From Octopus sinensis (Eukaryota), in the NCBI RefSeq assembly GCF_006345805.1, contig NW_021832676.1, positions 1 to 30,124 on the forward strand: DNA of 30,124 nt. Reading direction: 5' to 3'. This document shows positions 1 to 11,782 of the stretch, piece after piece. The first letter of the stretch is position 1, and every line of letters starts with the position of its first letter. The translations under genes were made by a program, and so were the position numbers. The notes below the pieces were generated by a model that saw nothing but the letters and a program-made list of their open reading frames with translations, made no database searches and was not told the origin of the DNA.

Positions 1-597
1 TATATATATATATATATATATATCTATATAATGTATGTATGTATGTATATATACACACGTATTATGTAAGAATATGTGTTTATACACTAATGTATGCGTA
101 TTTCTATGTTTATGTATTTATGTGTAGTATATAAGTTGTTTTATGGAGTAGTTCGTTTTACTAATGCACTAGATGACCTAATGTTTATGTATGTATGTAA
201 GCGTATATACCTATCTGTACACACGCGCACACACATGGATGCGTGCATACATATACATATGTAAATATATATATATATATTATATATATATATTTATAGA
301 TGCTTATATATATATATACATTATTATTATATATTATATATATAGATATAGAATACTGATATATATAGATATGTATATAAGCGTATGTATATATATATAT
401 ATATAATATATATATATATTATATACATATATATATATATAGATAGATAGATATGTATATTAGTGTGTATGTGTATATGTATATATATATATACACATAA
501 TATTACATACGTACATATTTATACACACACACACACACACCACACACACACGCACGCACCCACAACATATTATATTATATATATATATATATAAATA

Positions 598-638
<41 letters not shown>

Positions 639-655
639 CATAAGAATATATATAC
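1..655. repeat. Compound (TA)n/(TATG)n/(CA)n microsatellite field
   Basis: Directly visible dinucleotide and tetranucleotide arrays; the YI-rich ORFs here are artefacts. Confidence 0.95.
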
Positions 656-1191
656 AATCCTATATATATACACGGGACGCGTGTATGTGTGTTTAATGGA
701 TTTTAGGTCATTCTGAAAAAAAAACTTTTTTCTTTTAGCTAAACGAAAATTCCTTAGATTTATTCCATTTACATGATGTGATTACTGTCATGCCTTTCCC
801 AAAGGAAAGAAGCTGCTTAACGAAGAACATTGTATTCTTGAACACAAGGATATCATTGTGTACCGTGCGATCGATGGTTCCAATCTACATGCCGTATTGT
901 TGCCTGCTAGTGTTCTTATACGTAAATCGCTTCTTGTTCTTATCATTGTTGCTCTTACTGTTGTTGTTGAGCTTCAGGTTGTTTGTAATTGAGTAGGCTT
1001 ATAATTGAAGGTGTTCCAGCCACCACTATCCCATTTTTTAAAACATAAATTATCCATTGTGTCCTTCTTTCTTATGTGAGTAGAATGTGATTTAAGGAAC
1101 ATTCGATCATCCTAATTTTCATCAGTCATTAAATGAAGACAAAATTGTTTTAGGGAGAGAACTTATTAGTTGAAAGAAAAAAAAAAAGAAC

Positions 1192-1476
1192 TGGTACTCT
1201 TTCGGTTACAACTACGAGAGTTCCAGTTAATTCATCAACGGAACAAGAAAGTGGCTGAACACTCCACAGACACGTGTACTCTCAACGTAGTTCTCAGGGA
1301 GATTCAGCATGACACAATTGTGATATTTTCCATTACAGATACAATTCATTTTTGCCAGCTGAATGGACTAGAGCAACGAGAAATAAAGTGTCTTGCTCAA
1401 TGACACAACGCCTCTCCGGGAATCAAACTCACTATCTTGAGCCGGATACCCTAACCACTAATCCACTCGCCTTCAC
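1192..1476 (-). mobile_element. tRNA-derived SINE (family A), near full length
   Basis: Minus strand starts GAAGGCGAGTGGATTAGTGGTTAGGG (A-box-like), then GAGTTTGATTCCC (B-box-like), then body GAGCAAGACACTTTATT...CAGCTGGCAAAAATGA, shared with the copy at 1814-2049. Confidence 0.75.
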
Positions 1477-1813
1477 AACAAACTGGTTTAAATAAAAGAT
1501 AGCATAACATTATTTTATTAAATCTTATGGTGCCACTTTAGGTTGGTAACAAAAACAGCACAGTGACTCAAGAGAACGACAGACTCATTTCGCCTCAAGT
1601 GAAATACCGTGCACGCGATGAAATTTCTGCCACAATATACAGGAAAAGTGAATAAAACAGTAACTGGTATTGCGGAAACATCGTGCCTTCCACTGTGTGT
1701 ATACATTTAGTATAATGCATAGAAAGCTATTTAAATTTAACTCCCTTTCAGTTGTGTACATCGAGCTCGACAAACTCCCGTAGTACCACACACTTTACTT
1801 TACATTTATTTCC

Positions 1814-2049
1814 CAAGACACTTTGTTTCACATTGTTCCAGTCCACTCAGCTGGCAAAAATGAGTTGTACCTGTATTTCAGAATGGCCCCTCTTGTCACA
1901 TTCTGTGTCACGCTAAATCTCCTTGTAAACTGCGTTAAGGATATGCATGTCTGTGAAGGGATCAGCCACTAGCTTGTTAAGTTCATGTATAGGCTGTTCC
2001 GCAGATCGGGTCAACTGCAACCAGTGTCGTCGTAACTGCCGCAGTGCCA
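1814..2049 (+). mobile_element. SINE family A body, head degenerate, followed by (CA)n
   Basis: CAAGACACTTTGTTTCAC...CTCAGCTGGCAAAAATGAGTTGTACCTGTA... is homologous to the reverse complement of 1192-1420. Confidence 0.75.
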
Positions 2050-2051
2050 GT

Positions 2052-2087
<36 letters not shown>

Positions 2088-2392
2088 ACACACACACACA
2101 CACATATATATATAATATATATATTAAATCGACCTGAAGAATCTCTGTAGATTTTGAAAGGGTCAGAACAAGTGTGTTAATCGATGCAGCGGAAAAACAT
2201 CAGGAAACCCACATCAATGTATAAAAATTAGGGTTCACTAAAGATGTTCAGTTTGAGAAATATCCACAAATGACTTTTGGTCTCCAAAAATGATTAAGCA
2301 TAATTACATCCTCAGCACAGTTACGAAGGAAATATAAAAAGAAGGAAATGATACAGGATGCTATAGAGAGAGGAATCGATAAATAGATAGAT

Positions 2393-2476
2393 ACATGCAT
2401 GCATACAAACATACATACATACATACATACATACATACATACATACATACATACATACATACATACATACATACAT
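2393..2476. repeat. (TACA)n microsatellite
   Basis: About 19 near-perfect TACA units. Confidence 0.95.
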
Positions 2477-2477
2477 A

Positions 2478-2668
2478 ACGGGATGGTTTACGAAAATAAA
2501 CAAAAGACGAAGGCAGGTGGAGTACAAACAAACAAATGTATTAGTATAGCGCTCAGGAATAGAAATAGAACAAGTCTTTTACGTTTCGAGCCTACGCTCT
2601 TCGACAGAAAGATACACAGAAAAAAAACAAGGAGAAAAACAAGGAAAGAAAAAAATGCGTGTAGGAGC
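2478..2668 (-). mobile_element. Probable Penelope-like element 3' end (pseudo-LTR) carrying a hammerhead-like motif
   Basis: Minus strand: pyrimidine-rich tract, then TCTTT-CTGTCGA-A-GAGC GTAG GCTC-GAAACGT-A-AAAGA, then T-rich tail running into a microsatellite. This layout is typical of PLE 3' ends. Confidence 0.5.
2575..2612 (-). ncRNA. Minimal type I hammerhead ribozyme-like motif (variant core, A6->U)
   Basis: 5-bp stem I (UCUUU/AAAGA), 4-bp stem II with GUAG loop, GAAA, palindromic ACGU stem III and GUA triplet. Core reads CUGUCGA plus one extra A. Confidence 0.45.
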
Positions 2669-2817
2669 TAACGATCTATCATGTCCTATATTCTACCACT
2701 ACCACTACCAACTCTTACCTTTCCTCGACGGACACTAACCTCTCCATTGGATTTTTTTTACCTCTAAGGACACCTACCCTCTGACTGCACCTCTCCTACA
2801 CGGATCAAAGTGATTTT

Positions 2818-2881
2818 GTTATACATACATACATACATACATACATACATACATACATACATACATACATACATACATACA
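2818..2881. repeat. (TACA)n microsatellite
   Basis: Perfect tetranucleotide array. Confidence 0.95.
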
Positions 2882-3254
2882 TTATTGGATTTGCCCGGTG
2901 ATGTATGAAATTTCACCTGTTTGAAATCTTAGCTGTTTAAAATTATACCTGAAGATAGTGGATTATATGTTATCATATAAACTATAAATATATTAATAAA
3001 ATTATATGAATGCAGCGATCGTAAATTTGTGTTTACTTTTGTGTTTACTATTTGCATTTACTTTTGATATCTATGGCACACCCAGGACCAACCCCAATGT
3101 CAGATCTTCGGTTTAAACTAGATTTGGTACTTGCATATCTACAGTGTCCTACCAATGTTGATTACATCACTGTGAGATCTATATTATCACGACTAACAAT
3201 TTCTAGCATCATTTGTGTTGATGTGTCTGGATTCTACTGAATTTTTTATAACTA

Positions 3255-3520
3255 ATTATAAATATATGTATATATATATATATTATGTAAGTATGTATGT
3301 TGCATGTATGTATGTATGTATGTATGTATGTATGTATGTATGTATGTATGTAGTATGCATGTATGTATGTATATATATATATATAGATATAATATATATA
3401 TATATATACATATACACACACACATATATATATATATAATACTTACGCATATACATATCTTAATGCATATACATACATATAAATATATGCATATACATAT
3501 ATAATATATAATACATACAT

Positions 3521-3579
<59 letters not shown>

Positions 3580-3580
3580 T

Positions 3581-3623
<43 letters not shown>

Positions 3624-3817
3624 CAGTATTTTCGAGAATTCGAATGATTGTACACAGGTGAAAATGTAAGTCAATGAAATTGATCGTTTATTTTTCTGCG
3701 TGTGTGTGTTTGTGTGTATGTGTGCGTGTGTGTGTGTGTGTGTGTATGTGTAGTGAGTGTGTGGGTACGTATGTAGCTGCATATAGGTGCGTGTGTGTGT
3801 GTGTTTGCGAGTGTGTG

Positions 3818-3849
<32 letters not shown>

Positions 3850-3852
3850 TGT
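3255..3852. repeat. Compound (TA)n/(TATG)n then (GT)n/(GCGT)n microsatellites
   Basis: Directly visible arrays. Confidence 0.9.
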
Positions 3853-4109
3853 AGACATACATACACTCGCTGTTCAGCTTGTAGAGTCGGAAAAATAAAA
3901 GCCCAGTTATTATACTGGTGTTGATCTTGAGCAAGTATCAGAGAGCGAGTTAGTTCGGCTGGAGCCACAAAGGGCTATATCTTTCACTCCTCTCGCTTTC
4001 TTTTCCTTCCCTATTTATTCACGCTTAACCATTCAAACCTTCTTAAGTTCTTTTTGGGGTTTTTTTTTCACACAAGTTGTCATTTTTCTTCTGTGAGTTA
4101 TTTTATTGT

Positions 4110-4163
4110 AAATGTCCGTGTACATGTATGTGTGTGTGTATTTATGTGTGAATATATACATAC

Positions 4164-4217
<54 letters not shown>

Positions 4218-4323
4218 TATACACACATTTATATTTATTTACATGCTTATATAAATATATAGCTTTATATATATATAGTGTATACTCATATATATATATA
4301 TACACAACATTTACATATACATA

Positions 4324-4354
<31 letters not shown>

Positions 4355-4500
4355 TTATTTATTCACACATACATGTATATATATGTATATATCCTTATAT
4401 ATATTTATGTATGTATATTTGTTTACACAAACACACACACGCACACACACTCACACACACATACATACACATACTCACAAACATATGCGCGCATACACAC
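4110..4500. repeat. Degenerate (TA)n/(CA)n field
   Basis: Directly visible arrays. Confidence 0.9.
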
Positions 4501-4674
4501 AAATCTCCCAGGCCGTCGTGGGTGTGCCTCAGGGCCCGTCGATTTGTCTACCCGAGCGCGTGTGTGCGTGTGTGTACGCGCGTATGTGAGTACCTATTGC
4601 TTTGTGTGCGTGTGTTCTTTCATGTCATGCCGTAGACCACCCATGGTGAGATAACATCTACCCACCTAGTCTTC

Positions 4675-5016
4675 TACACACACACACACATACACACATA
4701 CACATACACACACACGCACGCACACACACATACATACACACACACGCACATACACACACACATATACACACACGCACACACATATACACATACGCACACA
4801 CACACATACACACATACACACACACGCACACACACACACATATACACACACGCACACACATATACACACACGCACACGCACACACATATACATACACGCA
4901 CACATACACATACACATACACACACGCACACACACACATATACACACACACACGCGCGCGCGCGCACACACACACATACATATACACACACACGCACACA
5001 CACACACATACGCACA
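4675..5016. repeat. Degenerate (CA)n array with TA/CG interruptions (alternating purine-pyrimidine)
   Basis: About 340 bp of CA/TA/CG alternation; the CV-rich ORFs are artefacts. Confidence 0.95.
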
Positions 5017-5312
5017 CAACCGCGCGAACTCTTAATTACTTACGGCTTGGGGGAGTAAGGTGAGGGTACGGCCACTGTAGGTGATTGGCAGAGAGAGATG
5101 AGCGACAAGGAAGAAAATGATGGAGAGAAAAGGAGAGAGTAAGAGTGAAGAGGAGGCAAAGAAAGTGAGATGGAGAGCGATAGAAAGCAGCAGTGAGAGA
5201 GGGGAGAGAAAGAGGGAGATGTTTGAGAGAGGAGAGACGGGTGTGTGGAGACTATGTTGTGCGCTTACGTGAAAGCTCCTGCTCCTGTCGTCCAGTTGGC
5301 GAAGATCCATTT

Positions 5313-5343
5313 AGTAATGGTAGTAGTAGTAGTAGTAGTGGTG

Positions 5344-5405
<62 letters not shown>

Positions 5406-5590
5406 GGTGGTAGTAGTAGTAGTAGGAGGAGGAGGAGGAGGGGAGGAGGAGGGGGAGATCAACGAAAGGTTGAAATATAGATGATGATGATGACGACGAC
5501 GACGACAATGACGACAATGATGAGAATGACGACGACGACGACGACGACAATGACGACGACTACGATGATGATGATGATGATGATGATGAT
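5313..5590. repeat. Compound trinucleotide arrays (GTA)n/(GTG)n/(GGA)n then (GAT)n/(GAC)n
   Basis: Directly visible arrays. Confidence 0.95.
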
Positions 5591-5689
5591 ACGCAGCGTT
5601 CTGTTCCTTGTGGAGGCTTCCTGGTTCCATTTTCCCGTCATCTGGAGGGTATTTAGCCGATTCTTTAATTATTATAAAGACCGTCGACT

Positions 5690-6155
5690 TCCTGAACATG
5701 AAAATTCATGAACTGATCTTGGAGGACCGTTACCGAACAATTGACGAACTTCTTGATATGACTGGTGTGTCTTGGAGCTCCTTCCAACGAATTTTGAGCA
5801 ACATTTGTGCCTCGCTTGCTCGCGGAAGATCAAAAGCAGTCAAGATTGAATGCGTGTCGTGAACTGAAAGAACAGTTGGAAGTTGATCCGGACCATTTTT
5901 CGAAGGTCATCACTGGTGACGGAAGCGGGTGCGATGGAATTTGCATATGAGAAAGAGGTGAAGAAAAAAACGACGGATCCGTTAAAAGGCATCACTTCGC
6001 AAGAGTTCCAGCACTGATTCGAATAGTGAAAAACGTGCCTGGACCGATGAATTGCTTTAAATGGAGAATACTTTGAAGGCGATAAAATTGTAAACTTGTA
6101 AAACTAAGCGAATAAAATATTGCAAAATTCCGATTTCTTTTGGGTATCCCGCGTA
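5690..6155 (+). mobile_element. Decayed, internally deleted mariner transposon with right TIR
   Basis: KIHELILEDRYRTIDELLDMTGVSWSSFQRILS (HTH), frameshift, VPRLLAEDQKQSRLNACRELKEQLEVDPDHFSKVITGD (WVPRLL and TGD motifs), then C-terminal ALNGEYFEGDK. End reads TTTTGGGTATCCCGCG|TA. Confidence 0.85.
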
Positions 6156-7394
6156 TATAAATACATACCTATGTGTGTATACACACACACGTTAATATCG
6201 AACAGTGAGAATGAGTGCTCAAAACCTCATTGGTGGATAAATATTCTTAATTCTCTTTATTTGTGGGATACTCAAACTATAAATGGTTTCATGTTGAAAG
6301 ATATCTCGAGTCTCTCACATGGGACTTTGGTGTTCGTTCCCATCTTGGATACGCGCGCGCGCGCACACACACACACGTACAGATCTTTCAGACTTCGTCA
6401 GTGGATAGTTTCAAATGAATGAGGTCGGATTTTCGTCCGCTGATGAGGGGCTCCCCACAATTGCTCTAAACAATCTCCCGATCTTTTAGAGACATCAGCT
6501 GAATATCTCTCAAATCACACCCAATTTACTATCTTCCAAAGAAAGCCTGGATACTTTCCGATAATCTAGTTCCAGATAATTCCATCAAAGGTAGGTCGGC
6601 TACAGCTGCTCCATTTCGATCAGAGATCTGCTCATTGATTCATTACGAGACACTACACAACAACAACGACCACATCAACAACGACATCTCTAGCAACAAT
6701 AACGTTCTGTTCACTTTTCATAGCTCCTCAGGAAGCGGGTCATAGTTATTAAATCTTGGTTATGGGTCAATTGAAAGAGGACAACAAAATAATTCGGTTG
6801 GATGGCTTTTGCCGTTTTCTTTCTCTTTTTGATTTGAATACTTTGTATTAAGACAGGATGTCTATAAACGAACACTTAAACATATGTACAAACATACCTA
6901 CATGCAACTTTTATTTATTGTCTTTGTTTTTTTACTTATTTCAGTCATTACATTACGTCTATGTTGGGCCACCGCCTTGAAGAATATTTTGTCGAATGAA
7001 TCGACTCCAATACTTTTTTTAGACTCAACGTTCTTAATTTCCTTTCTGACTTCCCAGGGAATATTCCAAACGATTATAATAAATCTCCGCACCAAATTGC
7101 GTTATTGCTTAAAGCAGTGTTTATCAACCGTTTTTTTGTTTATAAAACTCTTTTGATACCTATTTTACTCCACTGGAACTCCATAGCCATTCAATCTATA
7201 AAAATAAATCTTACGGTATTTTTTTTATAATTGAATATTATTAAAAATGGTATAAAAAAAAAAACTTTAAATATTTTGGGAACTGTAGAAATATAACCAA
7301 TTTATTGCACATAAATTTTAACAAGATCTTATATGGGCCCCAAGGGCCATATGGACCCTGTTTAAAAGCATTGATAATATTTTAAAACAATGCA

Positions 7395-7636
<242 letters not shown>

Positions 7637-7971
7637 ATCTTATTTCTTGCCACATTTATCACTGACGAAGGGAGGGTTCTTACAAACTAACCCTGATATC
7701 GGTCCGATATGGTAATAATGGAATTTTTTAGAAATTTCCAAGGCAGTGGGGACCGAACTCGAAACCGCATGGCTGAAAGGCAAGATTCTTAACTATACAG
7801 CAATGCCTATTGTTAACTAGATGAATACGCCATTGAGCTTGAAGTCCCAGTCAACGCAGTATGTATAAAATATGTGCGTTTATGTACAAATGTGTATGTT
7901 TATGTAAAAACGTATATAAACATACACAAACACATTAACTCACGCACACTTGTTGCTGTAGATAGACAGAC

Positions 7972-8007
<36 letters not shown>

Positions 8008-8365
8008 GAGGGAAGAGAGAGTGAAAGTGGAAGAGAGAGAGAGAGAGTGAAAGTTGGAGGCGAAAGAAGATGTTGAGTGCGAAACAGTAAATGTTCCATG
8101 TTATAAAGCTCGCTTCTGAAACTTTCTCACGGAAGACAAACAAACAAACAACCAGCCAGTGCAACAAAACAACAAACAATAAAAGACAGAAGGAATGGCG
8201 CCTCTCTTCGTCACTCGACTTGCTAAAAACAACGACTGGTATATCCTCAAGTCACAACCTACCATCACTGGAAGGACACGTTGGACAATGTTTGTCCTAG
8301 ATATATAGGGCGAGCCAAAACTCACGCACAAAAGCATTTGAGATTTTATTCATCTTACGTTATTA

Positions 8366-8408
<43 letters not shown>

Positions 8409-8967
8409 GAGTGAGAGAGCAGTGCATACCATCAAAGTGACACGAGGGTAAAATATACGAAACCCAGTATACCCATCATGACTACCCATCTGATAAGGGT
8501 ACATCAGGCACATGCATCACAACTATATGTGCGTGACGTGGTGATCTCATATCAAGATAAACAGCGCATGACCTTGCAGGTGGGGCCCAGTTACAATTTT
8601 CTTCAGGTCGAGTAGCCCATCTCGCTCAAAAGGTCCCTGAATAAGGGTTGTTTAAGGATGTTGAACAAGACATAATTTCCAGAGGTGAATTATCCAAACC
8701 CTAAAGAATTCCTCTCAACACATGACTATGATGCTCCCCAATGTTTCGGCTCGTGATCAAAGATGCACATGTCGTCAGCCACTAAGGGACAAGCTCAACT
8801 GGTTATTGTCAAACAACTGAGAATCAAATCTGTGGTATTGAGCAGAATATTTGTTGTAGTCCATCTTTTATACCAAGACAAAACAATCTACATGACAGCA
8901 CTTCCATGATGGTTAAGATGAGAAGCCATGTGAGCCACTGTCTGGTACTGCATGCATTAGGACATTT
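8409..8967 (-). mobile_element. ~550-bp non-autonomous retroposon with (AAT)n tail, copy 1 (longest 5' end)
   Basis: Aligns end to end with 8983-9530 and 10010-10558; flanked on both sides by (TAT)n; no coding remnant recognised. Confidence 0.85.
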
Positions 8968-8982
8968 ATTATTATTATTATT

Positions 8983-9530
8983 GAGTGAGAGAGCAGTTCA
9001 TGCCATCAAAGTGACACTGGGGTAAAATATACGAAGCCCAATATACCCATCATGACTACCCGTCTGATAAAGGTACACCAGGCACATGCATCACAACCAT
9101 ATGTGCGCGACATGGTGATCTCATATCAAGATAAACAGCACATGACCTTGCAGGTGGGGCCCAGTTAGAATTTTCTTCAGGTTGAGTAGCCCATCCTGCT
9201 CAAAAGGTCCCTGAATAAGGGTTGCTTTAGGATGTTGAACGAAACACCATGTTTCCAGAGGTGAATTATTGAAACCCCAAAGAATCCCTCTCAACACATG
9301 GCCATGATGCTCCCCCACTACTTCTGCTCGTGATCAGAGATGCACATATCGTCAGCCACTAAGGGACATGCTCAACTGGTTAAGGCCAAACAACTGACAA
9401 GCAAATCTGTGGTATTGAGCAGAATATTTGCTGTAGCCCATCTTTTATACCAAGACAAAACAATGTACATGATAACACTTCCAATCAGTTAAGATCAGAA
9501 GCCATGAGAGCCACTGCCTGGTACTGCATC
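8983..9530 (-). mobile_element. ~550-bp non-autonomous retroposon, copy 2
   Basis: GAGTGAGAGAGCAG...GGTACTGCATC on the + strand, bounded by (TAT)n; highly similar to copy 3. Confidence 0.9.
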
Positions 9531-9597
<67 letters not shown>

Positions 9598-9600
<3 letters not shown>

Positions 9601-9899
9601 TAGTATATTTTTTATATCGTGCTTTCACTTCACTACCGAGCACAGCTCTGTGTGCCTTGGGTACGTGATGTGATTTGTTGTGATGCTCTGATGGTTATTG
9701 TATGGAAAGTGTTCTGCGTAGGATGTGTGCAGTGCCTAGTAGTGCAATTTTCTGTATGTTATATGTGTTTGTAAGTCCTGGTGTTTTTGTTATGTATTTG
9801 TCTGAATATTTTTTTATCATGCCTAATGCACCAACTATGATAGGAATTGTTTCTGCTTTTTAGATTCCACATTCTGGTTACCTCTATTTCCAGGTCTTA
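9598..9899 (-). mobile_element. 5'-truncated R4/Dong-clade-like non-LTR retrotransposon 3' end (RLE C-terminus, 3' UTR, (AAT)n tail)
   Basis: Minus translation with one +1 frameshift: DLEIEVTRMWNLK/AETIPIIVGALGMIKKYSDKYITKTPGLTNTYNIQKIALLGTAHILRRTLSIQ* (stop 9695-9697). The PIIVGALG...IQK..LLGTAHILR pattern is characteristic of the C-terminus of R4/Dong-type RLE elements. Confidence 0.8.
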
Positions 9900-9911
9900 T
9901 TATTATTATTG

Positions 9912-10009
<98 letters not shown>

Positions 10010-10558
10010 GAGTGAGGGAGCAGTTCATGCCATCAAAGTGACACTGGGGTAAAATATACGAAGCCCAATATACCCATCATGACTACCCGTCTGATAAAGG
10101 CACACCAGGCACATGCATCACAACCATATGTGCGCGACATGGTGATCTCATATCAAGATAAACAGCACATGACCTTGCAGGTGGGGCCCAGTTAGAATTT
10201 TCTTCAGGTTGAGTAGCCCATCCCGCTCAAACGGTCCCTGAATAAGGGTTGTTTAAGGATGTTGAAAGAACCACCCATGTTTCCAGAGGTGAACTATTCA
10301 AACCCCAAAGAATCCCTCTCAACACATGGCTATGATGCTCCCCCACTACTTCTGCTCGTGATCAGAGATGCACATATCGTCAGCCACTAAGGGACATGCT
10401 CAACTGGTTAAGGTCAAACAACTGACAAGCAAATCTGTGGTATTGAGCAGAATATTTGCTGTAGCCCATCTTTTATACCAAGACAAAACAATGTACATGA
10501 TAACACTTCCAATCAGTTAAGATCAGAAGCCATGAGAGCCACTGCCTGGTACTGCATC
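10010..10558 (-). mobile_element. ~550-bp non-autonomous retroposon, copy 3
   Basis: Same boundaries as copy 2, and shares with it the variants GCAGTTCATG, CCCAATATA and GATAAAGG. Confidence 0.9.
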
Positions 10559-10619
10559 TATTATTATTATTATTATTATTATCATCATTATTATTATTAT
10601 GATTATTATTATTATTATT

Positions 10620-10705
10620 GAGTGAGAGAGCATTGCATGCCATCAAAGTGACACTGAGGTAAAATATATGAAGCCCAGTATACCCATCATGACTACTCCT
10701 CTGAC
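10620..10705 (-). mobile_element. ~550-bp retroposon copy 4, 3'-terminal ~85 bp only, fused to mariner
   Basis: GAGTGAGAGAGC...CCCATCATGACTAC, then the sequence switches to mariner coding sequence. Confidence 0.85.
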
Positions 10706-11270
10706 AATGTCAAATTTTCCCGCGATGTGGTCAACCTGGTGCGCTTTTGGTCAGTTGTCAGAAGACGTGGAACCCACCGAACAGAAACCTTCGTCATGCC
10801 AAGTTCATTTTGGAGAATATTCTCAACTCTTACACGGAATATGCTAATAGCATTGGCTGTTTGACTTAACAGCATTGGCCATTTGTGGTGAACACGATCA
10901 ATGTTTTCCTCGGTGCTGGCAATTGCAGGACGTCCAGACATTGGATCGACTTTAAGACATTCCCTTCCCCTTTAAATTCTGCTGTCCACTTTTGCACTGT
11001 TGATACACCCGGAGTGTCATCCCCTAATATAGCAACTATGTCAGCATGAATATCCTTAGAAGTTAAACCCTTTTTCTGCAGGTACTTGATAACACGACGA
11101 TGCTAAATTTTGTCGATATTCAAGAGAAGTCGCTACTAGTTACTTTTGAAGTGTCTTTTGAACAGTCAGATGTCAGTTTACTTTGAAAGAAACAATGCAG
11201 TTATTAATAAAAAATTGAGATTAAAGTATGCAAGATTTCACATTTCCAGCATCGCTTCTTTATAGTCCGT
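10700..11270 (-). mobile_element. Mariner transposon 5' half (UTR plus N-terminal transposase), decayed
   Basis: Minus translation: VIKYLQKKGLTSKDIHADIVAILGDDTPGVSTVQKWTAEF, then SGRPAIASTEENIDRVH...VENILQNELGMTKVSVRWVPRLLTTDQKRTRLTTSRENLTL (WVPRLL motif). Confidence 0.85.
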
Positions 11271-11544
11271 CTATGAGCTTCTCAGCAGTTTCGTGCTCTA
11301 ATAGTAAAATAACCGGAGGAGCTTGTATAACGTGTTGTGTACTACCCTGTAACCTTCTGAGCCGTGACCACTCTGTCTTTTTAGATTAGGAATCTAACTA
11401 GGAGCATCTGATTTAACGGAGATTTGGCCGCAATTTCTTGCAGGTCTATTAATGCTATCTTCTGTCGTAATGTTAGACTGCGCAAGAGTCGCTTGTTCAG
11501 TCTTCAAAACGACGGTGCAGATGCAGCTAAACAGAAATGATCCT

Positions 11545-11750
11545 GATGAACAAATGACGATGACAATGACGATAACGATGCAGATTGTGATGACAGTGAT
11601 GGTGACAACTATGATGATGATGATGATGATAAGGATGTTGGTAATAGAGATGATTGCAGTAACTGTCGTCGTTCACATCATCGTCGTTTACTTCGTCGTT
11701 TTTGTTGTTACTTTTGTGGTGGTGGTGGTGGCGGCGGCGGTGGCGGCGGC

Positions 11751-11782
<32 letters not shown>

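Noticed and set aside
778-996. 72-aa hydrophobic ORF
   Set aside because: Starts at a non-ATG codon, no recognisable homology or splice pairing, and the antisense frames contain stops.
2700-2810. LPFLD peptide suggesting a Penelope RT fragment
   Set aside because: A stop follows immediately and the flanking motifs are not recoverable.
191-5017. Numerous 60-180 aa YI/HT/CV/MYVC ORFs here and throughout the window
   Set aside because: They are translations of (TA)n, (CA)n and (TACA)n microsatellites, which lack stop codons in some frames.
5044-5074. 31-nt minus-strand micro-exon candidate (CTACAG|...|GTAAGT)
   Set aside because: Too short to evaluate; all frames are open by chance, and it sits between low-complexity tracts that supply spurious pyrimidine runs.
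6381-6406. Minus-strand CUGACGA-AGUCU-GAA-AGAUCU-G motif with palindromic stem III
   Set aside because: The cleavage position is G and stem I is not complementary; at most a dead relic.
8409-10705. Regularly spaced repeats that might suggest a CRISPR-like or satellite array
   Set aside because: Eukaryotic context; units are ~550-bp dispersed retroposons separated by microsatellite, with no unique spacers and no cas genes.
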